IMG/VR virus record: IMGVR_UViG_3300027833_000011
Length of the DNA stretch: 64,000 bases
From: a virus
Lineage: Duplodnaviria; Caudoviricetes
Reading direction: 5' to 3' (one strand)
Every line of letters begins with the position of its first letter. Position 1 is the stretch's first letter. This document shows, one piece after another, positions 57,371-64,000 of this stretch. The notes below the pieces were generated by a model that saw only the letters and a list, made by a program, of their open reading frames with translations, did no database searches and had not been told where the DNA came from. A program made the translations under genes and the position numbers.

Positions 57371-57688
57371 ATGCAGTACTACGATAGATATTCTGAATTT
57401 CATTTTAACGGAGAACACAAAGTTGTTCCTGCGATTATTTTAAATAAAAAAGGTTCTGATGTTGTTGTTACCTATAAAAAGGGTGTTTCAAGATTAGATA
57501 AATTCTCACAACAATATTACGGAACACCGTTCTTTAATTGGTTAATATTACAAGCAAACCCAAAATATGGAGGTTTAGAGTGGAATATTCCGGATGGTGA
57601 TACTATAATTATACCATTCCCTTTGGTCCCAACTTTAGAAGAGTATAAGACAAAGGTAGACGAATATTACTACTACTATGGCAGATAA
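57371..57688 (+). CDS. LysM-like baseplate wedge protein (gp53/tail-X-like)
   Basis: YKKGVSRLDKFSQQYYGTP..NWLILQANP....I..G..IIIP. Confidence 0.7.
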   Translation: MQYYDRYSEFHFNGEHKVVPAIILNKKGSDVVVTYKKGVSRLDKFSQQYYGTPFFNWLILQANPKYGGLEWNIPDGDTIIIPFPLVPTLEEYKTKVDEYYYYYGR

Positions 57689-60600
57689 AATACAGAAAGG
57701 TAATATCTTTGTTCAGAAAGAGGAGAACAACTTAGTCATTATAGACCCGAATAAAGTACATACGGGTGGTAAGACAGGTGCGCCTGTTGACAGGTACGTA
57801 CCTCAAGAAGATTTAGTTTATTTTGTTAACTTAGAAGCTAACCCTGTACCACGTAGTATTTTAGATATTGGTGGGAACGAAGAAACGGTTAGGAACGTGG
57901 TTGCCTATGGTAAGGTAAACTACTTAGGACCAAACGGTGGTAAACCAATGGACACTTCATGGACCGAAGATTTTTCGGGTAAAACAAATAGTAAAACTGC
58001 GATATCAGATACTAAGAGAGAATATTATACGGGTAATGTTGATTACGATTTCCAAATGGAGAATCAATATAATACTCAGTTATTGGGTATTAAAGATATT
58101 AAGATTGATACTAAACCCGACAATTTAAAAACCTCAATCATTACGATTAGAATGGTTGACGTTAGGGGACGTGCTTTATTTGATAAAGGACCTTCTTCGA
58201 TTTACTCAACATTTTTTCATTTACCATATCCACAGTTTTATTTAACGGTTAAAGGTTATTATGGTGAAGCGATAACATATCAAATGGTATTATCGGGACA
58301 AGTGAAAACTTCGTTTGAGAGTGATGGTGATTATTATGTCACTGCATCATTTATGGCGACAAACCAAAAATTATTAAATGATATTCGATTAAAGGATGCC
58401 GAAGTGGCCCCTTATCTTTTTGAATATGTAAAACCAAAGACAGATGCTGATGGGGAGGTTAAAACCTGTAAATCAACCAAAGGATTCGACATACTAAATC
58501 AAATATATCTTAATTACGGTAAAGATAATTTAATTAGTGAAAAGTTGGCTAAAAAACCATTAACATTACCACAGTTAAGTAAGTTAGTTAAAAGGTTAGA
58601 TACATTCTTAGAGGATGATTTAATGGACGAAGCGGATATTAGTTTTTTCTCTGACATATCGGAGTATGGTAAAGTATTATCACAATTAAACACTGCGGTT
58701 ATTGAGTGGTTTAGTAAATTCTGTAACGTAAACAATCCAATACCTATTGATGACGATAAAGGAGGTCAATACTTTGAATTTAAAAAGGCGTATCAGGGTG
58801 GGATTCTAAAAACAAAAGTAGGGGATAAGGTAACAGGTTCGTTTAATATCCTTGAAAACAAAGAATATAACCAATCGATATATACGATTATAGACGGATA
58901 CCTTAAAAGGTTAAGTGAGATTAAGTATTTTGGTAAACATCAAAAACTTGTGTTAAAAACTGATGAAAAGGGAGGTATGAATGAAATCACATATACCTCA
59001 ATAAACACATCTAAATTAAATCATTCGTTATTGATTTATAATTTTAAGAAAAAACAAGTAAGAATTGATTTGTTTATTGATGAGTTAGAAAAAGTAATTA
59101 ACACATATACTCGTGAATACGAACAGATTAAAGACCAAGTCGAAGAGGTTTTAAGTAATGTACAAAACAATTACTTAGGGTTTGAACCTACACTTAAAAA
59201 CGTGATGGGAGTTATATTAGCAAACACAGAAGCATTTTTAAAGGTTATGAAATATACTCACGACCTGTCTTATAAGCAAAGGTTTAATGGAGACAGAAAA
59301 AAGGGTATTGATATGAAAGATAATCCCGATTCTGTTAATGACATAGTCTATCCGTTTCCTACGATATATGATAAAAACAAAGAGGGTAGATTAGAGGAGT
59401 ATTATCCTGGTGACCCTGCGGTTAAGAGTAAATTAAAGGGTTACGACACTGCGACATGGCCTGAAGTTAAATTGGTTGAAGAGTATCTTTCAGCATCAAC
59501 AACGAACGGGGCTATATCATCAGAATTTTGTGATACCGCAACGACTGACAAAACATCTAAGGTCTCGGATAAAGTGAGATATGGTGTTTTAACTAAGGAT
59601 TTAACCGATAATGAGGGGGCGTTTAACGAGTCATCATTTTCAGGTTTAATATATGGATTATATAATAGAGCAATTTATTCTGTATTAGGTACAGGGTTTT
59701 CTAAAAAGACTATTGATATTATTGGTTACGAAGATGCTAATAATGGTAAATACTCTATCAATCGACTACTTAACGGTAAGAACTTATTTAAGGATGGGGT
59801 AACTAATTTAAACGCATTGTTTGGTGGAGGTTATTTGGGTAAAGATATCCAACTAATAGAAACCGCTAAGAGTTTAATACTTACAAAATCCACTGAGAAA
59901 GATATAGAAGACCGTAATAGTTTTACGGTAATTGACACAATTGTTGATGAAACCGTTGTTAAGATAAGTCCTTTTGCAAATGCGGGGGACGTTTTAATGG
60001 AGGAGGTTAAAAAATACGAAACACACGGATTAGAGCCTTATCCATATACTAATGACGAATGGTGTAAAGACAATTTAAAAATTAACAAAACAAATAAGTT
60101 TAACAGAAAGGTTAGTACCACATATACGGAAAGTTTAAGGTATACGGTATCTAACTCGAACAAAGATGTTACAAAAGAAGATTTATTTCTTAGTTCAGAT
60201 ATAAATCCGTTACAAACACCTAATTTTGTTACAACAGACTCGGATATATCAAAAGCCTATTGGTTATTAAATACGATACCAACTAAGTCGATGACTGACA
60301 TTTACGAAGGTGAGGATTCGCTTAAACAAAACTACTTCGCAAGATTTTTAGGTGGGGACATAAAAGAGGTCTCTAATGTACAATTATTGAAGTGGGGGTC
60401 TATGTGGTATAGATATACACATCAACTCGAAACTAATGAAGATATCTTAGATAATGTTTGGGGTGATTTAGACATTAGTGGGTATAGTCAAAACCTATAT
60501 GATATTAAAGGAAACAGTAATGGAGTTGACACCTTTTTTAATTATGATATAACAAGTGAGAATATCTCTTTAGGGTTTTACCCTGAGTTGATAATTGACA

Positions 60601-63368
60601 AACTTAACAGGGTTATTAATGATGTTGAATTTAAGGTTGATAAGATACAAGAGTATATTAATTCGGGTAAACTAGTTATTAAAAAAATAGGAAACATTAT
60701 AACAACAGACGAGTTAGATAAACAAAGTATTGATTTGTATAGGTGTTATTATATAACAGAGGAAGGGATTATTAGATTACCTTCATACTCAGGACCTATC
60801 ACCCCTATTAGTAAAAATGAAATACCTGTGTTGGTTAACCGTTCAGTATCAGAAGATTGGGACGGTCAGTTTGATAAAGGTGTGTTTAAAGATTTACCGT
60901 TCTCAACAGTAAGTAGACCAAAAACCGATGAGCATGTCATTAACAGTGAGGGTACATTATCTTATGGTCATATTGAAAGTTTAGTGTCGTTGTTTAGTTA
61001 TGAAACGTTAGAAAAGTTTAAAACAATGTTTATGGACTTTGCTAAGAGAAAATCAGACAACGATGTGGGGTCTTATGAGAATTTCTACTATGAGTTATTA
61101 AAGTCGGATACCGAGTTAGAGGAGTCATTTGTAAAAAACAACATAGAAAACATTTCAAAAAATAAGGGTTTAATTGATGTTATTAAAATATCGTTTGATA
61201 AGGCAATAGACGTAAAACTTTCGGTATTATCATCATATGTTGATAGTTTTGTGAAAGAACCGATTAAGTTTGCGGAGTTTAAAACAATCGCAATGGACGA
61301 CAATTTATTCTTTAAGATAAATGGGTCTGTTAGTAGTGAGTTTGTTAATGGTGTAAGAAAAAGTTTTTTCGAGTTATCGGACATCGCTCCTACAGAACAA
61401 AACTTCAAGGACTTTAAGGGTATTGTTAATGTATGGGCGGAATGGAAGTTATCAAATACCGATGGTGATATCAATGGGTTTAAGAGTTCTTTATTACCTA
61501 CATTGACAGGTTTCATAGGTAAAATAGACGGGTATATTGACAATATATTCAAAAACTTTAGTGAGTTAATAAATGCCGAGGACGGTAACAGTGCATTGGA
61601 AAAAAGTGCTAGTGATATCTCAGGGGTTGAGTTACAGAAAATTACTTACCGTATATTAAAGAATATTAATGATACATGGATTGGTGGGTTCGATTGGGAT
61701 AAAGCTAACTTAGCTAAGTTATTTAAATATCTTAATTACCTTAACGAACCAATAGGGGATAAGTTCCTTATGGATGTTAGGGTGTTGAATAAGTACTTTA
61801 ATGAAGCAAATAAAGGGAAACCTATTGCGTCATTTATATCTATGATATTAAAAGATAATGCGTTATCAGAACCTATGTCATTTGCATCAAATGTGAATTT
61901 CTACGGTAATCTAACTAACTCGACTGAAAATATTAAAGACGCACAGAAATTAGCCAATGATGTGTTTGGTACACATACAACGGTTAATAAAAACGGATTA
62001 CCTGGTTTTGTTGTGTTCTTTAGGTCAAACGAGTCCGAGTACTTAAACATTAAAAAACCAAACTTCAAATACGGTAGTGACGGTTTTGACATTGCGGTTA
62101 AGAATCCAATATCGGATAAACCCACAGATGTAAAACAATTAAGAGAAGGTAATCGTGGAGTTTCGTTTAATGTTGACTTTGGAATTCAAAACCAAAATAT
62201 GTTTACCGATTTTAGTATTGAATCTTATGATGGGGTTAAATCGGGTGAAGAACTTATTGTTACTGAGAACATTGCCAATATGAGAAAAGGGACCACTGCG
62301 TCTTCTATTTCTACAAACTTATTGGATGTTATGAAAACGAGAGTTTATCAGTGTTCTATCAAAATGATGGGTAATGCGATGATACAACCGTTTATGTATT
62401 TCAACTTAAGATATATACCGATATATTCAGGAACTTATTTTATTCTATCTGTCGAACATACACTTTCACCAGATTCAGGAATGATTACGACGTTTAAGGG
62501 TGTAAGAATATCTAAGGCTAGTGTTTCTAACATCGATAAAGGGATGGTAAAAGCACGAAGAAATTTATTAGACAATTTAATCGAAAAATTAGTAACTAAG
62601 AAAAGGGCTACCGAACTTACAAAACCTAATGTTTATGGTGGTGACACTGAAAATCAAGGAAATACGGGTGTTAAACAAACTGCGGACGTTGGTTGTGTTG
62701 TTTCAAACTATTGGACTAATAACGGTAAGAATCCAATACCTAAGTATGATATACCAGACAGTCCTACAAGATTGACTGATTCAGAACTTAAAGGATTAAT
62801 AGAGACGGCAGCTGGTCAACTACCTAATTATGGTAATACTGTTAAAAATGGATTAATGGCTATGACATTTACGGTCTCTAAGAGAGAACAAGGTAGAGGT
62901 AATGGTGTAAGGTTCTTATACGATAACCCATTCGGATTACACTTAGACGGTGGTGGTCAGAGTACCTTTAGAGAGGAAATTAAAGGGTACTTCTGTCCTT
63001 CGACTAGTGATGGATATGCCAGGTCTACGGCAATATTCCATGATGTAAGTAAAGGAGAAAAGGTTGAAGACGGTATTGTAAACGCATATAAAGCATTTAT
63101 GAAGTCAATGAAGAAACGTGGGGAAACTTATTACGGAGTAAATCATTGGGAAAGTGAGAATTCCTCAAACCCTGAATATTTAGCTAGTTTATGGGCGTTC
63201 TATTGGAACACAAGTTACAAAGCGATTAAAGATGAAGGGGATACGAAAGGTAACTTAATAAGTGAGTATGACAATGGTAAGGTATCGTATAAGAATGGTA
63301 CTAACAAAGACTATTCAGATGAGTTTGATACCTTTACTAAGTACAATGCTACTTTTAATAAATTATAA
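57678..63368 (+). CDS. Very large baseplate hub protein (gp27-like) with a possible C-terminal lysozyme-like domain
   Basis: LGIKDIKI, IRMVDVRG, LFD..SS.YS.FF.LPYP.F.LTVKGYYG; CSIKMMGNAMIQP..YFNL...SGTYFILSVEHTL; C-terminal REQG...DNPFG. Confidence 0.6.
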   Translation: MADKIQKGNIFVQKEENNLVIIDPNKVHTGGKTGAPVDRYVPQEDLVYFVNLEANPVPRSILDIGGNEETVRNVVAYGKVNYLGPNGGKPMDTSWTEDFSGKTNSKTAISDTKREYYTGNVDYDFQMENQYNTQLLGIKDIKIDTKPDNLKTSIITIRMVDVRGRALFDKGPSSIYSTFFHLPYPQFYLTVKGYYGEAITYQMVLSGQVKTSFESDGDYYVTASFMATNQKLLNDIRLKDAEVAPYLFEYVKPKTDADGEVKTCKSTKGFDILNQIYLNYGKDNLISEKLAKKPLTLPQLSKLVKRLDTFLEDDLMDEADISFFSDISEYGKVLSQLNTAVIEWFSKFCNVNNPIPIDDDKGGQYFEFKKAYQGGILKTKVGDKVTGSFNILENKEYNQSIYTIIDGYLKRLSEIKYFGKHQKLVLKTDEKGGMNEITYTSINTSKLNHSLLIYNFKKKQVRIDLFIDELEKVINTYTREYEQIKDQVEEVLSNVQNNYLGFEPTLKNVMGVILANTEAFLKVMKYTHDLSYKQRFNGDRKKGIDMKDNPDSVNDIVYPFPTIYDKNKEGRLEEYYPGDPAVKSKLKGYDTATWPEVKLVEEYLSASTTNGAISSEFCDTATTDKTSKVSDKVRYGVLTKDLTDNEGAFNESSFSGLIYGLYNRAIYSVLGTGFSKKTIDIIGYEDANNGKYSINRLLNGKNLFKDGVTNLNALFGGGYLGKDIQLIETAKSLILTKSTEKDIEDRNSFTVIDTIVDETVVKISPFANAGDVLMEEVKKYETHGLEPYPYTNDEWCKDNLKINKTNKFNRKVSTTYTESLRYTVSNSNKDVTKEDLFLSSDINPLQTPNFVTTDSDISKAYWLLNTIPTKSMTDIYEGEDSLKQNYFARFLGGDIKEVSNVQLLKWGSMWYRYTHQLETNEDILDNVWGDLDISGYSQNLYDIKGNSNGVDTFFNYDITSENISLGFYPELIIDKLNRVINDVEFKVDKIQEYINSGKLVIKKIGNIITTDELDKQSIDLYRCYYITEEGIIRLPSYSGPITPISKNEIPVLVNRSVSEDWDGQFDKGVFKDLPFSTVSRPKTDEHVINSEGTLSYGHIESLVSLFSYETLEKFKTMFMDFAKRKSDNDVGSYENFYYELLKSDTELEESFVKNNIENISKNKGLIDVIKISFDKAIDVKLSVLSSYVDSFVKEPIKFAEFKTIAMDDNLFFKINGSVSSEFVNGVRKSFFELSDIAPTEQNFKDFKGIVNVWAEWKLSNTDGDINGFKSSLLPTLTGFIGKIDGYIDNIFKNFSELINAEDGNSALEKSASDISGVELQKITYRILKNINDTWIGGFDWDKANLAKLFKYLNYLNEPIGDKFLMDVRVLNKYFNEANKGKPIASFISMILKDNALSEPMSFASNVNFYGNLTNSTENIKDAQKLANDVFGTHTTVNKNGLPGFVVFFRSNESEYLNIKKPNFKYGSDGFDIAVKNPISDKPTDVKQLREGNRGVSFNVDFGIQNQNMFTDFSIESYDGVKSGEELIVTENIANMRKGTTASSISTNLLDVMKTRVYQCSIKMMGNAMIQPFMYFNLRYIPIYSGTYFILSVEHTLSPDSGMITTFKGVRISKASVSNIDKGMVKARRNLLDNLIEKLVTKKRATELTKPNVYGGDTENQGNTGVKQTADVGCVVSNYWTNNGKNPIPKYDIPDSPTRLTDSELKGLIETAAGQLPNYGNTVKNGLMAMTFTVSKREQGRGNGVRFLYDNPFGLHLDGGGQSTFREEIKGYFCPSTSDGYARSTAIFHDVSKGEKVEDGIVNAYKAFMKSMKKRGETYYGVNHWESENSSNPEYLASLWAFYWNTSYKAIKDEGDTKGNLISEYDNGKVSYKNGTNKDYSDEFDTFTKYNATFNKL

Positions 63369-63416
63369 AACCTGATATTTTAATATTTGGTTATATTTAT
63401 ATATAAACACATTATT

Positions 63417-63623
63417 ATGGAAAATAATAAATTACAAAACGCATTAAATCAGTTTTTAGGTAGAAACGTTGTTGTTGAAGACAAAGGTGACTATCAAGAA
63501 GTATGTGATTTACAAACAGGTGACTGTTACACTATCAGAACAAAAGACGGTTTAATCGAGAGACAAACAAGATTAGATAAAAAATTTATAACTGAGGACG
63601 GTAGAACGTTACTTAGAGGATAA
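63417..63623 (+). CDS. Small hypothetical protein
   Basis: Start MENNK at 63417, 15 nt after the late motif at 63394-63401. Confidence 0.6.
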   Translation: MENNKLQNALNQFLGRNVVVEDKGDYQEVCDLQTGDCYTIRTKDGLIERQTRLDKKFITEDGRTLLRG

Positions 63624-63634
63624 TATTATATATT

Positions 63635-64000
63635 ATGAAAAAAACACAAGAAGAACTTCTTAATGAGGAGTTAGGTAGGTTTATGTCTATCAACAAATAT
63701 GTTGGTACTATTAACGAACAAGAGTTAGGTGGTGAAGAGGAGGTGTCTACTGAATTACCAACAGGGTTGGATACAGAGACTCCTGAATTAGAGGACGAGG
63801 TTGAAACAGAAGATGAAGTATCAACTGAAGAACCAGGTGGTGGTTTGGATGATGCGTTATCGACTACTGAGGAATTACCTATGGGTGATGAAGAGGAGTT
63901 AGAAACAACAGAAGATTCAGATACTGAAGAAGTAGATGTTACAGATTTAGTTGACGGACAAAAAGAATTAGAGGAAAAATTTAAATCAACGGAAGAAAAG
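63635..64000 (+). CDS. Acidic hypothetical protein, truncated by the window end
   Basis: MKKTQEELLNEELGRFMSINKYVGTINEQE... open to base 64000. Confidence 0.7.
   Translation, partial: MKKTQEELLNEELGRFMSINKYVGTINEQELGGEEEVSTELPTGLDTETPELEDEVETEDEVSTEEPGGGLDDALSTTEELPMGDEEELETTEDSDTEEVDVTDLVDGQKELEEKFKSTEEK

Larger units (their letters stand above)
1033..63401. promoter_or_regulatory. Dispersed late-promoter motif (A/G)ATATTTAT(A/T), about 20 copies
   Basis: Plus strand: 1033, 2093, 7049, 8880, 10749, 12330, 13103, 33528, 43334, 45390, 49294, 50877, 63394. Minus strand: 11716, 19646, 23602, 32309, 33503, 39148, 40020, 41522, 45345. In each listed case it is in the sense orientation, 3-45 nt before an ATG. 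Confidence 0.75.

Noticed and set aside
393-62125. Many Ser/Ile/Phe-rich ORFs antisense to or nested in long genes (e.g. 393-851, 4055-4627, 13292-13663, 15289-15720, 21938-22291, 61088-61552)
   Set aside because: These are shadow ORFs: the reverse complement of Glu/Asp/Lys-rich codons yields stop-poor Ser-rich frames. They have no motifs or promoters.
1-64000. Alternative genetic code (TAG/TGA recoding as in some large Bacteroidota phages)
   Set aside because: All marker genes are full length in the standard code and coding density is high.
1-64000. CRISPR array, tRNA or rRNA genes
   Set aside because: No regularly spaced repeats with unique spacers and no cloverleaf or TTCGA-type T-loop context were found in the intergenic gaps. 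The repeats seen are coding.

Overview
This window is part of a large, AT-rich T4-like myophage genome (jumbo/huge-phage type). The probable host is a Bacteroidota bacterium: there are TTTG-N19/20-TATCTTTG promoters, a Tyr54-type bS21, Hc1-like and DUF4494-like genes, and A-rich leaders without Shine-Dalgarno sequences. Head module: terminase large subunit, portal, prohead protease, scaffold and major capsid, with an antisense rpsU inside it. Tail and baseplate genes: neck, sheath, tube, chaperone, tape measure and hub. Replication and metabolism genes: family-B DNA polymerase, SNF2-like helicase, dUTPase, PhoH and a gp55-like sigma factor. Other genes: the C-terminal part of DnaK and four glycosyltransferase-like genes. 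No tRNA, rRNA, CRISPR array, intein or stop-codon recoding was recognised. Most notable observations: (1) a probable +1/-2 programmed frameshift (UUU_UUU_CGU) in the tail chaperone gene; (2) a strand-specific late-promoter motif, TATTTAT(A/T), which is the reverse complement of the T4 late promoter and co-exists with two other promoter classes; (3) a set of enzymes carrying prohead-protease-like [ILV]-x-E motifs that may be head-packaged, injected cargo; (4) a gene-less promoter plus AT-rich tract resembling a T4-type R-loop origin; (5) two catalytically degenerate enzymes beside PhoH and dUTPase; (6) apparent absence of GATC. All family assignments come from motif recognition by eye, not database searches.
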